NCBI GenBank assembly: GCA_020536535.1
Contig: JAHLWZ010000933.1
Location: forward strand, 1 to 42,707
Direction: 5' to 3'
Source of the DNA: Pelomyxa schiedti
Taxonomy: Eukaryota; Protista; Evosea
Length of the DNA: 42,707 bases
A program made the position numbers and the translations under genes. Under the pieces are notes generated by a model that was given only the letters and a program-made list of their open reading frames with translations, was not told where the DNA came from and ran no database searches. This document shows positions 1-13,033 of this stretch, one piece after another (the first letter of the stretch is position 1; each line of letters starts with the position of its first letter).

Positions 1-34
1 TGTTTTTTATCAAATACTACCTTTTTACCTTATT

Positions 35-211
35 TCCTCTCAAAAAGCTTCGCCCCAGGAAAAGCTTCGCCCCATGGGGCGAGGCTTTTTGAGAGGAAAA
101 ACCTTCGCCCTAGGGGCGAAGATTTCCAGAGGGAAGTGACAGCAAAAACCTTCGCCCCTTGGGTTTTTGGGCGAAGACTTCATAGAGGAAAACACTGACA
201 CCTTCGCCCCT
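35..211. repeat. Cluster of CTTCGCCC/GGGCGAAG palindromic motifs including a 22-bp inverted repeat
   Basis: TCCTCTCAAAAAGCTTCGCCCC (35-56) is the near-perfect reverse complement of GGGGCGAGGCTTTTTGAGAGGA (76-97). There are five CTTCGCCC copies and three inverted copies within about 180 bp. Confidence 0.75.
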
Positions 212-392
212 TCTCCCATGATCCAGTTATGCCCCATACGGGGAGCCTCACCTGTAGGGGAAAGGACAGTGGCAGGACTGTTGGGGGGGAGGTTACGGGC
301 ACACAAAGTGAGCGCGTTTATGTTGCGGGGTGTATGGGATCCCACAGTGGCAACGATTTCCACAACCATCTCCTGGGGGCAATGAACCAGCT

Positions 393-1300
393 TCAGATGG
401 GTGCCTGGATGGGTGTTGGCACCAGTGCGAGAGTAGTGCGGATTTCCTTCTTAAGGGAATCTACATTCAACGGCTGATTGGTGGTGCAGTGCATGAACAG
501 ATTCTCAGCCCTGAAGCCACTGGCTTCCCTCAACTTTTCAAGTATTCGGTTGCAGTTGGGCGACAGATAGAAGTGTAGACAATTTGCACACGTAACAGTC
601 ACTGAAGCTTTTTTCCTCCCAGCACCCCGACTTGTTATGTACCTATCTCGAGCGCGCTTGTCACAGAAATTCACCTCCCGATCCCAGTAAGCCCGCTCTA
701 CGGAGTCGACAATCTCATACATAGTCCTTGAAACACACTTCATTCGTACAAAATCCCAGGATTTAAGATGCATGAGAACCTGTTGAAGAAGTTAGGGCCT
801 TCAGGGAAAGGATGTAATTTGAAACAAAGCAAGCACAACAGAAGGGCACATACACATTTCCAGGCTGCCTGTAACTGCATAATGTCAGGCAATGGTTTAG
901 GACTTGCCTTCACTGTGGAAGTATTCTTTTCTGGAGAATACTGTGGAAGTATCCCTTCTGTGGAATTTTTTTTCTGTTGTGTTTGTGGGAATGGATGATA
1001 GGGCAAGAAAAAACAATAACAGTTACCGTGTAAGAAATGTTCTCTGGGGGAGTGGTCACCTTACTGGCCAGTTTTTCTGCCATTATTAATTTTTCCTAGA
1101 AAGCAGGGATGAGACATTATATGAACACCAAAATACTGAATTACTTCGAGCGTCCAGTCACCCTCATAGACTAGAGGAGCGTTTTGCGATTTGGCAAGAA
1201 TATCTTCATCAACCTCGAACTCCGGTTCCAAATCATAGTCTGAGTCAGTGTCATCATCATCCTCTTCTGCAGGTTCTACTTGGACAGTTTTCTGAGCTTC
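393..1300 (-). CDS. Putative F-box-like protein, spliced; boundaries uncertain and possibly degenerate
   Basis: Joining ORF 740-1006 (GTATGT donor) to ORF 393-773 (CTAAC...CAG acceptor) gives LQAAWKC|VLMHLKSWDFVRMKCVSRTMYEIV, which resembles an F-box. An acidic coding-like segment (EEDDDDTDSDYDLEPEF) lies upstream near 1200-1300. Confidence 0.35.
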
Positions 1301-1669
1301 TTCTAGAAATTAAGCTTCTTCTAGAATTTGTAGAAAATTAAATTCCTACAAGGAAAGGACTTGCACACCTCTCTGGTTTGCTTCTCTGGTGTACCCCAGG
1401 CAAAGTACTTAAGGAATAACCGGCGTGTCTTTGCCATTCGGCTCCACATTACATATGAACTCTCCCTATGAACTCCTGGACTTGAGAAGACTGGATGAGT
1501 GGGAAGAAACTTCCTGAAGTGAATTTATGACGAACCCTGAGGAAAAGCACACTCACTGAAGGAATTGATGACACAACTACGTCATCTACTATTGCCAGTC
1601 GGGAAGGGAAAGGAACTTTTGGGCAATACAATATGCGCAATTGATGGGGCTCTCTTTGTTTGGCTGCTT

Positions 1670-1846
1670 GACTTCCGCCTTTGGACCAACAACGGCCTGT
1701 GTTGCCTGGTGGGCTTGTTGTTGCCCTCGCAGAGCACCAAGATTTGGAGTTTCATCTTTTTGGATCCCATTTCTATGGTCTCTTCTCTATGGGGGGCAAC
1801 AAATTCTGCCCGCCGACTTCCGCCTTTGGACCAACAACGGCCTGTG
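1670..1846. repeat. 32-bp exact direct repeat, two copies
   Basis: GACTTCCGCCTTTGGACCAACAACGGCCTGTG at 1670-1701 and 1815-1846. Confidence 0.85.
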
Positions 1847-2663
1847 CTGCCTAAGCCGGCTGACTTTGAGAGCCTTGTTTTTTGGCCATCATCCCCATCA
1901 TCTCCCCTTGGCGTTTTTAGGGAAGTTCAATCAAGTTCCCTTCCCAGCAACGAGGAGGAGGAAGAAGAAAAGATTGCAGATGAAGATGAAGAACAGAAAC
2001 ACCCACAGCCAGAATCATGATGATCATCAAGTTCAACACCAACGAGTTCAAGTTCCACAGTTCCAGCAGGAGCAGCAAGCCAGCCAGTAATTCAATAAAT
2101 CCCAATCATAATCGTCATCAACAACCCACCAAACCCCAAACCACCAAACCCCAAATCACCAAACCAAACCACCGAACCACTCTGGGAACACTCTTCTTTC
2201 GCCACAGTCAACTGGCTCTCTCCATGTTTACTATTGTTATACTTGGGGCTACAACACAAGTGGGACTGGCTCAAACCAAAGAACCCCATCCCCAAACAAA
2301 CGGAAACTGCTCAGCACCCCACAGAACGGATACATTTCTATGATACAGGCACTCACACCAAAGCTACCTTCCTTGTACTGGCACCATCGAGGGGAACCTT
2401 TCAATATGGCAAATACTTTCTTGAATAAAGTACTTAGATATTAATAAGCTCTCTTACGACTCTCTTTTATTGATGGACGCCATTGGTACTCTTTCTTTAC
2501 TCTGCAATATATCTGACTTCGCGATAGTTTTTCTTTCCTTTTTGTACCCAAAAAATCACGTGAACGGTTTCCTCACAAGTAAAGAGCTTCCTTGCTGCTT
2601 CTTGTAAGTAACTTGGTTTTCTGCAGAGCTGTTTGCGTTCCTGACAAGTTTTGGGTTTTTTTG

Positions 2664-2947
2664 GCTCAATAGGAGTCCTCCCATTATTCGTTAACTAATA
2701 ACCTCTGTGGTGCTAAATTAAAGGAAAGATTCCCTTAGGATCAAATAGTACTTGATTCTGCCGAGTATACATAAGTACGCTTTCGAGAATGCTCCGCGGC
2801 TTATAGCCCGCCTCATGAGGTAATACACACTGACTTCGTTTCGCTTTTCTGGTTCGTTGCCAGACTCTCCCCGAATTTCTTGGATCCTCAGCACCGCTTA
2901 TGACACCTCACATTATTAAAGTGGGTGCGTCCCGGGACTTGTTGAGT
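2664..2947 (+). ncRNA. Candidate structured ncRNA (about 284 nt), class unassigned
   Basis: Nested 5'/3' helices: 2664-2671/2940-2947, 2674-2679/2934-2939, 2680-2685/2920-2925, 2696-2701/2913-2918 and 2707-2714/2890-2897, plus internal hairpins. G-U pairs favour the + strand. No ORF here. Confidence 0.45.
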
Positions 2948-3255
2948 ACACTTCAATCCTTACTTTTCGCTCTGCCACTCGGGTTGTAGAACAAGACCTC
3001 CGGCTACCATTCCACAATCACATACCCCAATCAACAGAAAACACAACCACACTGGACTGGGTACAGTAACCACTAAAGATTTCAAAGAAATTTGAACTCT
3101 TCCAAACAAAATACTCAGTGCAGCGTTTGAGATTTTTTTTTTGTACAAACGTTTTGTACATGGGTTATACATTCTGGAGTTTGTGTTCCGTATTCGTTGT
3201 TAGGATCGCTTTGTTCTGAACCACCTTCTCGTCTGTGGTTGCCTGTTTTTGTTTT

Positions 3256-6200
3256 TTAATGAGTTCTAACGGTGTTGTGTAAAGATACACACTTGGATTT
3301 GATATCCTCACTGTTTGCTGTACCGAGGGATGCATTGGAGCCGGTCAAGTTCTTGGGTGGTGGTGTGATTACAGGTGAGGGTGTGTGGGTGTAAACAAGT
3401 GGTGATGATTCTGCAATTCCCTTGGGAGGCCGAATCGCAAACGAGAGTGCTGATGGTTTGTTGTGGTTTGTGTTGTTGGAGTCTGCTTTGGTAATGGGAG
3501 TTGTGGTTTTGTGTGTGGTTGCAGAAGGAATGCTTGGGGTTGTGGATTTTGATGGATCCAATGATCCCGGTGATGATGAATTGGTGGTGTTTGGAGGTGA
3601 TGAATATACTGTTGTTGTGGTTGTTGTGGTTGTGGTGGGTGATTGGTAATGTGGATCAGGTGAGGGTGAGGAGTGTCTTGATGAAAAGTAGTCAGGGGAT
3701 GGACTTCTCAGTGCTGAGGAGGATGGGACAGAACTGGGAACCGGATTATCAAACATTGAGAAGTTCGGCGATACAGCAATGGAAGCAGCATGGTTGCGGT
3801 GGTCACGTTCGGTGCTAGGATTCTCATTGACACCGTTACCAACACACCCGGTACTCGCTCCGGTGTTCGCGGGATTTGTCACTGTGCTTCCCACAGTTGG
3901 TACTTGTGTAGAACTCGCATTTTCAATGGGCGAGGGACTGGCTGAGAAAGTAGTATTCCCGGGGCTTTTTTCGTGGGGAGGGATCGCTTTTGGTACCTTC
4001 AGCAGGAAAAAGTCCGGCTCTTTCCCAGAAAATATTGGTGACAGAAGAGTAGCTAGTTCAGTCCAAATACCTGTTCATTTGTTAGCGTTTCCTGTGTGGT
4101 AGTGCCTCCAAAAACCTGGATTAACTTCCTTGGAAGGAGGCTTCACTTTTAAATATGCCTTCTGGATTTTTTTCAGGTATTTCACATAGATCTTCCGTTG
4201 CTTTATCTCTTGCTCAATTTGTTGCCTCTTCAGAACGATATTGGAGTTGAGCACAGAGTTCTGGGTGTTGATGGCTTCGATTTGGCATTGCATATCTCTA
4301 TGAGTGTTGCACAGTGCTGGACAAGAAGTAAGTGAACTGAAATATATGGAACTAACGAACATGTTACGTCATTTTGATTTTGAGTAATTTCAGTTTCTCT
4401 AGCCGTTCTTTGATCCTGTAATAGACAATACTGCTTTTGTGCTCTCGCCAGTTTCCTGTCCAAAGTCTGAAAATAATGAGAAGAAAGAGATAAGAAAGCT
4501 GCTCAGACCCTAGAGTAACTATCAATACTGCCACATATTGCTTTCTTTGCGTCATCAACACAATACTCCGAAACGTCTGGTGTGTAAATGGCTTGCTGTG
4601 TAATTATGAAGACACTCTCTCCATTGATTTTCTTCAATTGATCAACAATACTCTAGTTTGTTGTAAAGAAAAATCTTCGAAAAAAGACAGCTCACTGGCC
4701 CACTTATTGGGTAGTGTTGGAGAATCCAATCACGAATTTCTGACATGCTCGCCTTAATTCTTGAATGTAGTCCAAGTAAACATTCTGTTACATCTGTAGG
4801 CTCGATGGGTTTGTCAAGATATTCCAAGTAGCCATCTTCTTCAATGCTCACATCCTGATGTGGAGCTCTTGTGAGATACGTCCTGAAGGCTTGGGGAAGC
4901 TTACAATTAAACTTCTGAAGAAGGCATTTACATCCCCCAGCTTTGATTGAATGTAGAGCCATAGTGCGCGAGAGTATGTATCAACACTACCTAAAGTGCC
5001 AATGCCACTTCCAGATGCCATACATTGAAATGCCTTGGTGACGATAAAAAGGATACGTTGAACTTCACTGGAAGGCGCAGCTTTTGAACAACGGTCATAG
5101 GAATGTAATGATTGTACAGAAGAGTACATGAGGCAAGCCCATAAGTGTGAGGGGCAACTAAAGCAGGTGCAATGAACCGGAGGAAAAAAAAACCTCCAAC
5201 AGTGACTGTCATGGAGATGTCAGGCCATTTGGTCTTTATTTCCATGTCAGCATATTTCAAAACTTTTCGTAGATTTCTGTGCCACATTAGTGTAAGTTGA
5301 ACAGGCATTACTACTCACAATGGGCACTCATCAATAGAATTTAAAAGATGCACAACAAGTTGTTGCATTAACTCTTGCAATTCTTTGCAGTTTTGTGCTG
5401 CCATTTCAGGACTCCCAGATTTTACGGGGTCAGGCTTTTATAGTTCCCAGTTAAAATGAGACTGTTGTTAAAGGTGTACCTTTACTGACCTCTAAATTTT
5501 TGAACCTCTCATATATTGTAGCGACAGTTGGTTGGAGGAGGCTAACCAGGTATTTATGTGCTTCTAAGTGATAAAAAGCAGATAGAACACGTGAAGCTGC
5601 ATTCAATCCCCTGAAAAGTGTCCCAGAGTCATCTAGACAAATCACTGAGAATATAAATGGGGATGATTGATGACAGACAAGTGAGAGAGACTTGCATGCG
5701 GATAGCATGTTGCAACAATCTTTGCAGTTGATGGAAACTTGAAAAAAACTTGAGTAGGTCAGAAGGGACACTGTAGAAAAAGTGGGTAGTAACCTTTAAT
5801 AAAAGAGTTCCTGTAATAGAATAGTCCACCATTTTCTCTTTGGCAATTACACAGTGACACAGGGCGGACACTACCTCCAATTTGGGAGCCAGTAGCAGCT
5901 AAAATTATATTAGCATATTCAAAAGAAGAAGGAAAATTGGCCAAAACTTGCCTCACTCAAATTTGGATTTCTTGCGTTACGCGGGGTTGGCTTGGGTGAT
6001 GGCGATGGCGATTGAGATGATGGTCTGGGTGTTTGCCGTGGTGGTGAGTGGCTTCCTCTCGAGGATGTAAGCTGTCGCAGTGGGAGACTTAGGGTTACAG
6101 GAGAATGTGAAACAGTGCTGGGTGTGTTGGCCACAGAAGTGTGGGATGGGGATGTGGTGATTGTTGTCAAAGGTGGAGGAATGAACATGGTGATGGGGAC

Positions 6201-7337
6201 AGTGGGTGAGGAAGACGGAGTCGTTTTCGTTGATGAAGGAGCAGAGTGCAATTGCAAAGTTGGAACAACTGGAATAGGGTAAGAAAAGGGAGTTTTTTGA
6301 GGGCTCAGCGACTGCTGTTTGGAACTCAAAGAAGGGGAAGGGATCACCGGCGATGAGTATAACAGGGGGGATTGAGTCAAGGGCGAAGTGGACATCACTC
6401 CAGGCAGAGAATAGCTATGCACGGAAGTAGCCAAAGGCTGTGTAGGCGACGGACTAGAAGCAGGTGCAACATAGGCATGTAAATTTTCACGGGACTTCGA
6501 GGCGATCAATTGAGGGTGGGCTGGTGGTGGTGGAATTAGAGGGACGAGAGGCGGATTCGCAGATAGAGCCGGCGAAAGGCTGGGTGGAATGTAGGGTATG
6601 GAATTAATTAGCGGCGATGTTGGAACGTGCCCCTGTTGCTGTTGCTGCTGTTGCAGCATAAGAACCTGCAATGAACTCATTTGTGAGGGTCCAGAACTGG
6701 CCACGCCACAATTATCCAGCTGAACCAGAACAGAGGAGTCCGTCGGCACCGGCGACGAAACAAGTCCTCCACCACTAACAGACTTACGGGACGTGATTCT
6801 AGTCCCATCCGCCGGCATTTTGTCATTCCTATCATTGCCTCCACTGGCACTGGCACTTGCATTAGCAATAGCACTGGCATAGGCATTAGCAATAGCACTG
6901 GCATTGGCGCTGGCGCTGGCGTTGGCATTAGCACTGGCCTTGCCGGCGTTGATAGCACTGACATTGACACTGAAGCTGGGGGCGGTGGCGGCGGCGGCGT
7001 CGGCGTTGGGGCTGCCGGTGGGCGGCGGGGAGTCGGAGGCGCGGCTGCGGTGCTTGGAGTGGTGGGGCCCGTGGGCGTGGGAGGGCCGGTGGCCGTGCGC
7101 GTGGCTGTGGCGGCCGCCGCTGCCGCCTCCGCCGCCACAGGCGTCCGCCGCGGCCCCCGTCGTTGTGCGGTTGCTGTTGCTGTTGTTGTTGCTGCTGCTG
7201 CTGCCGCTGGTGAGTCCGCCCGCCCCCTCGACGTCCGCGAGGCTGCTCCGTCGCGTGGCGGATGACGAGGACGGCGTGGGGGGTGTCAGGGATGCTGCCG
7301 AGGCGGCGGGCGCGAGTCGCCCGTAGCGCGACGACAT
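3256..7337 (-). CDS. RasGAP domain-containing protein, multi-exon, with low-complexity N- and C-termini
   Basis: RasGAP signature GFFFLRFIAPALVAPHTYGL (ORF 4991-5308) and arginine-finger-like TLFRGLNAASRVL (ORF 5451-5771). First exon is Ser/Pro/Ala-rich. Confidence 0.85.
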
Positions 7338-7526
7338 AAGACTGTTGGCGGGAGCGTTGCGGGGGGGGCGAAGGGGTAGCCGAAAGGCCGCGGCGCTCTT
7401 GGTTGAGATTCTTACTCTTACGTTAAATCGGTCTGTTGTTGGACCCGAAATCGCAGAAAACGAATGCCGCCGTCAACTGTGAGGAAAAGCAACGAGGAAG
7501 AAGAAGAGCCTCAGTAATCATAATCA

Positions 7527-8747
7527 TCAGAAATGCAAACGGTTCAGGGGACTGAGGGTCCTGGGGAGCGTGAGCCGGTTCGGGGGAGTCTGCCTGCCCC
7601 TGGAGGATGGTGTGTTGAGGGATAAACTGGACGAGGTGGATGAGGCAGAAGAAGGTGTGCCGGGGCATGGCGGAGGGGGGAGGGCGAGGCGCTGTTCGGT
7701 GCCGGTGCAGCGCGAAGCCGCTCGACCTCTGGGAAAGTCACAAACTAGACGGGGGACTGTGAGTTGTGGCGGGGCGGCGAACCGCATGGGATTTGGAGTT
7801 TTACTGTGAGCAGGTGGTGCATTCACTGTGGAGAATCCTGTATTGATAGTGACTAGTGGCATCCCACTCCGGGAAGATACTATCAATTGGCTCCAGGTTT
7901 GGCCTTTGTATTTCACTGGGAACTACATCCTTAACTGTATAGGAGCCCTTTAGATTTTCATACAGTTCTTCCAGTTTTTGTTTCTGCCTTTAGCAATTTT
8001 GTTAACCAACAAATTGTGCATAAGCGGAGGAATTACCTAGAGCACTCGAGAAATCGGGATTGTATTGAAGAAAGCTCTTGTTTTGTCGACTCGAGTTCTC
8101 GTAATGAATGATCCAGGTTCCGCTTCGCAGCTGATAACTGCATCATCAATATGAGGGATATTAGCATGCTTCGCACCTTATTCAAGGTATCTTGCAACTT
8201 TTCATTGTAAGTTTTTTCTTTACTTTCCATTTGAGAGGTTAGCTGATCAATATCTCGGGTCTTAGAAGCCTCAACTTGATAACTCCAGAAATCAAGTGCC
8301 TTTGAAGCTACAACAAGCACTGCATTATGTTATTGACACAAGAAATACTATTTATAGAGGTTGTACCTTGATTTGGTGATAAACCACAGAGTAACATCTA
8401 GGAAAGGTTATGTAATGGCGCAGAATTGTCAGTGTACGATTTTTTCTATGCTTGGAGCCAGTGTTGTTCCCACAATATCCCTAAGCGTTACTTTACTTTT
8501 TTTTAGTATTAATGAAGGTTACAACAACCTGGCCGAGAGAGTCGTGTCACACACTGGACATACATAAGAAGAAGCGGCATCTTTATTCCACACTTGCCTT
8601 CCACACTCCTCACCTATGTAAAACTCTGTGTAACAAGGAGTGGGAGCAGCACAGAGACTCACACAAGATATGACTGCACGTTGTTACGAAAGCCGCATTC
8701 CCGGCATCAAACACTCTCCAACACCGGTTACACGTGATATGCGACAT
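7527..8747 (-). CDS. HEI10: HEI10/CCNB1IP1-like RING E3 ligase (meiotic crossover factor)
   Basis: MSHITCNRCWR...VTTCSHILC...CPVCDTTLS RING, then DIVGTTLAPS and ASKALDFWSYQV followed by a coiled coil, matching the CCNB1IP1 pattern (VTACSHIFC...SRALAFWTYQV). 3' end approximate. Confidence 0.8.
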
Positions 8748-9064
8748 CGAAACCCCCAAGATCTCCTTGAAAAGATACCTGTTTTCCCTTGAAGTTTGTG
8801 CACCCAAGTAAAAAAAAAAGAAAGATCCTTGCAGGTGACCATCAAATTCCGAAACAACAGTTAATTTGTCGGTGACAGCTGCCAGCGAACCCCACTCCCC
8901 TGCGTTGCTTTATGGACCAATTTTTCTTTTATCCTTTCTATTGTCGAAGTACATCTCCGAACAGTGCATTTTCTCGCGCGCGGCACGGCGTCGGCGGCCC
9001 TGGGCCGTGGCCACTGTCTGTGCACGAGCACCACCTGCCACTTCCCAGCACCCAGCACACAGTT

Positions 9065-10728
9065 ATGGGTTGTGACCCTTCTCCAGCAACCCCATCACAC
9101 ACCATTAGGATCCCCATAAAATCAGGCCCTCCACCATCTTCTACTGGGACTCACTCAGTCTCCATCCCAGTTACCACTCCTCCTCCCACAATTCACTCGG
9201 AGCACGACCCTGCCGCGCAAACATCAAGCAGCGGCACCGGGTCTCGTCGCACATCTACGTCCTCTGCGTCCTCCCCACCTGAAATTGTGGGACAGCCCAA
9301 ATCGGATCACGTTCATTCTTCATCATTCGGGTCTAATTCTGATATAATGACTCCTGATAAGGGATTGACAAATCCCTCTGGCGAAAACAATTGTTTTGTG
9401 AATGTGGTCCTTCAGGCCTTATTGCACCTCAGACCGTTTGCTTCAGCTTTCCAATCTGTAACAAACCACACACATTCTGCCACAGGCTGTGTCTTTTGTG
9501 CACTGCAGGTTTGCAACCTTTCCAGCATCAACTCTTCTCTGTGATTTGACTTACTGTGGGATTAAAACCAAAAGAGTATATTCGTAGATTACAATTTCTC
9601 TGAAAGTGGTACTGTGCCTCCCAATCTACTGCGAAGTGCTCTTGCAGAACTGTTTAAGAAGGAGTCCCGGTTTCAGCTGGGACAATTAGTGCGTTTTCCG
9701 CATTTAATAAATAATATACTTCCCACTGTGCTGATTCCCTTGCTATCTTTTTTTTTGCTTTAGGATGATGCCTCAGAAGCCTATGTGGGTCTTCACATTT
9801 TTGTGCCTTTTTTTTTACCTTTGCAGGAAGAGATGATGCACTCCCTGCACGTCGCACTTGCCAGTGGAGAACAGCAGAATCAAACTTTCTGCAGTCCCCC
9901 ATGTCTCTCACACAAACTGTTTGGAGTGCAGATTCTGCAGCAAGTAAGAATGTTCGCTTTGTTTTGAAAATAACTGCATTCAGGTTGTATGTTCCGCATG
10001 CAGAGCAACATCAGATCCTTACACTTACGAAACTTTCATTCTGTATACCCCTGTTGCATCATTAATGTTCGCTACCTACTATCATTTTTTCCCTCCGTTT
10101 ATTTCCTTCAGAAACTATTCCCGTGATGAGCCGGTATTGGGTCGAATGATAGCCAGTACCCTTACAGAGGTCCAACACTCTTGTCCCCAGGTAATCACCT
10201 CTCCTCTCGTTGGGAAGACGGGGAAGAAAACCACTCCACAGAATTCATCCTGTGCTGGAAAAGGGCGAATTCAAGTGCACTTGATGAATACTCCAGAAAT
10301 TGTAGCAATAGGACTTGTCTGGGGAAGTGGCTCACCTCCATTACCTGGTAGGAGTGCTCTGTGGAAAAAGACATTTGACTAACAAGACCTACAGAAATTC
10401 AAAGTGTTGTGTCCCTGGTTGGGCAAAATACTGAATTGAGCTTGCATGATGTTTTTTCCATGCCAAACGACAGGCCCCGTAATGTGTACAAACTGAAGGG
10501 AATGATATGTTACTATCGCGGAAAGCACTATGTATACTTTGGGTACAATACAACTCTAGCTACTTGGCATGTATTCGATGATTCAATTGTCAATGAGGTA
10601 TACAACCTCAACTCCCTGGAGAAGAAATAGCTAAAGAAACCAAGGTTGGAAGAAACTGGCCATATGTAGAAGCCAAGTGCACGGCAGGCTACCTTCAGCC
10701 TTTTCTGCTCTTCTATCAAAGGACATAG
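9065..10728 (+). CDS. Ubiquitin-specific protease, USP53/USP54-like (peptidase C19)
   Basis: Cys box KGLTNPSGENNCFVNVVLQAL, H-x-H...CVFCALQ, His box GMICYYRGKHY...WHVFDD and C-terminal YLQPFLLFY; spliced. Confidence 0.85.
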
Positions 10729-10785
10729 GTGAAAGGTTCTTGAAAGTTTTTGAAAAAGAAAATTGTATTTTTTTCCTATCACGGT

Positions 10786-11963
10786 TCAAGCAAAGTCGGA
10801 ATATTTCCAGGTTGAAGGCCTAAGGCCAGAGTGTAGACAGAGGTGTTGCTGTGCCACTTGTGCAATGTGCGAAGCAACATCCCTTGTGCTTGGTTTTGTT
10901 GTATCTTGGTCCATTGTGCACCAAGCACTGTGAGGAATAGAGGGATGGAATCTCACTGTGGCAGAGTGAAACGGTTCGCACAGTGATATCAACAGGTACT
11001 TCATTGCCCACGAGAAGCGAGAGAAAACCTCACCCCTTGCCGAGAGAGAAGTATTGAAGAACCGGGACCTGGGGTATTGTATAGAAACAGTGTGTATAGA
11101 ATTCTTCACTGAGGAATCCCCAAGCGAGTGGTCGTGCGATTCTGACAATGCACGGAATGCTCCAGTGCGGAATCTAAGAACGCACGTACCATTAGTGGCA
11201 CCTCCCTCAGGAAACACAACCAAAAACCCATCATCATTCCTTTCTGCCGCGGTTGTTTCAGCAGTATTGCCGGAACCCCTAGAGTTAATATTAGCAGTAG
11301 GTGAGAAAACAGTGAGTGAGTAAGAGAGAAGAAGGATAAAAGACAACGAAACGGGCACATGAGAGCAGCAGCGATTCTGTCAGAGGCTCCCGTTGGCGTG
11401 AATGGGTTGACAAACACGCAGCCAAGAGAATGCAGCACCCGGCTGAACGGGAACAGGTTCCACAGCCCGCACTCGTTCACGACCAACGAGCAGGAGGACC
11501 CGAACAGGTACACCATCAGCAGGCCGTCCACCAGCCCGTTCACGTGGTTGCTCACAGCCAATGTCCTCCCCCTCCCGCTGCCGCTGCCGCCGCCCCCGTT
11601 TGCTAATCCATGAGCGGGAGGGGCCGCGGCTGGCGGGGGCATGGGACCCACAACGCGGATCCACGAGACCCCCAGGGAGAACAGGGCCACGCGGGCCAGC
11701 GCCGACACGGCCACGTCGCACAGGCGCCGCCGCAGCGCGGGTCTAAGTAGGCGGAGGGGAGCTGCCACTAGGAGGAGGAGGAGGGGGAGGAGCAGGAGGA
11801 GGAGGCAGGCCCCGCCGGCGGACAGAAGCAGGAGGAGGGCGAGGCGGGCGAGAGCCAACACGAGGCCCGCGCCGCAGGCGAGAATCGTGACGTGGGCGGG
11901 GCCAGGCAGCAGCGCCGACTCGTTGTCGAACGTGAACGCCGCTCTGCGCTCTTCCAATAGCAT
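10786..11963 (-). CDS. Lysophospholipid acyltransferase (PlsC/LPCAT-like)
   Basis: VSNHVNGLVD (NH...D motif), VFPEGGATNG..VLRFRTGAF, N-terminal hydrophobic segment; one intron near 11310-11360. Confidence 0.85.
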
Positions 11964-12036
11964 CCCCCTCGTACTTGTTCGTAAAAAAGAAAAACGCGTT
12001 TGTGTCTGGGCAGCATCTGCTCTGCGGAAGTGGGGG

Positions 12037-13033
12037 TTACAAAGACGTAGATTGTGAGAAGACTGCACCTGTCCACACTGATGGCACACTTCTGTTCCAA
12101 GTTGGTTCCTCAGTCCACAAGACTCTGGGAAGTCCCCAGGCAGAAAAAATTTCTAATTCTTTTTTTGCGCCTTGGAAAACAACATGGGAGATTAAAAAAA
12201 AAACCAATAAAAAACTCAGAGAGTACCACAAAAGCGATACCGGCACCAGCACCCAGATCTTACCACGCAACAAGCCAGGGAGCATTGGTGTTGTCACTAG
12301 TGCGTTGTTGCAATATTGGTCATTCCTCATCGGTGGTGACTTGGGAGTGTGTGTGGGTGAGGTCAGTGACTCTGAGGGATGGATGGGGAATATATTTGGG
12401 AAGCGGTGATTCAATTCAAGCACTCTCAATTCTACTACAGCAAAAGCAAAATCGGGGGGCAGCAGCAAAGCAGTCTCACACAGTAACCCTTCGCAGCACC
12501 GAGGAGTTCTTCCTGTACCACCGTTGTAGCCTTTCTTGCAATTTCACACCCCACACAGACCCATTTGCTAGAACTGCCTTACTAAATAGAACCTTTGCAC
12601 CACCACTTTGAGATCAATTTTAAGGCGCACCTGAAGCGATTAGTTGTAGACGTGCGAGAGAACGGACTTGGAACAATTCCACAACAACATGCCGGCTGTT
12701 ATTCGTTGTCCTTTTGACTGACACTTTAGAACGGGAATTTGTGTTAGAATGATTTTAGGTACCCGTTATGCGATAGTAGGTGTGGACGGGAACAAGGAAC
12801 TCAATAGTAATTCCGATATAAAGAGTGGGGCACCCAGACACTTCCCACGCGGACTGTGACGAAATGAGGTGAAGGGTGAAGGTCGATGATTTCGGCCAGA
12901 ATTGTACAACACTCCCAGCCCGCTCTTGTGGAGCCAGAAGTTCATCATCAGTCACGAAACACAACACACTCCCTCGATAATGAAGTTTACTAAGAGAAAC
13001 CTTCGTGCTTTCGGGGTATAAACCAGCTACCAT
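12037..13033 (-). CDS. Hypothetical spliced protein; structure unresolved
   Basis: Consecutive minus-strand ORF fragments separated by intron-like T-rich segments; no recognisable motif. Confidence 0.25.

Noticed and set aside
788-870. Non-canonical GC-AG intron in the F-box-like gene
   Set aside because: A canonical in-frame GTATGT donor a few codons downstream explains the junction.
1670-1846. 32-bp direct repeat as a mini-CRISPR
   Set aside because: Only two copies, 145 bp apart; better explained as a local duplication.
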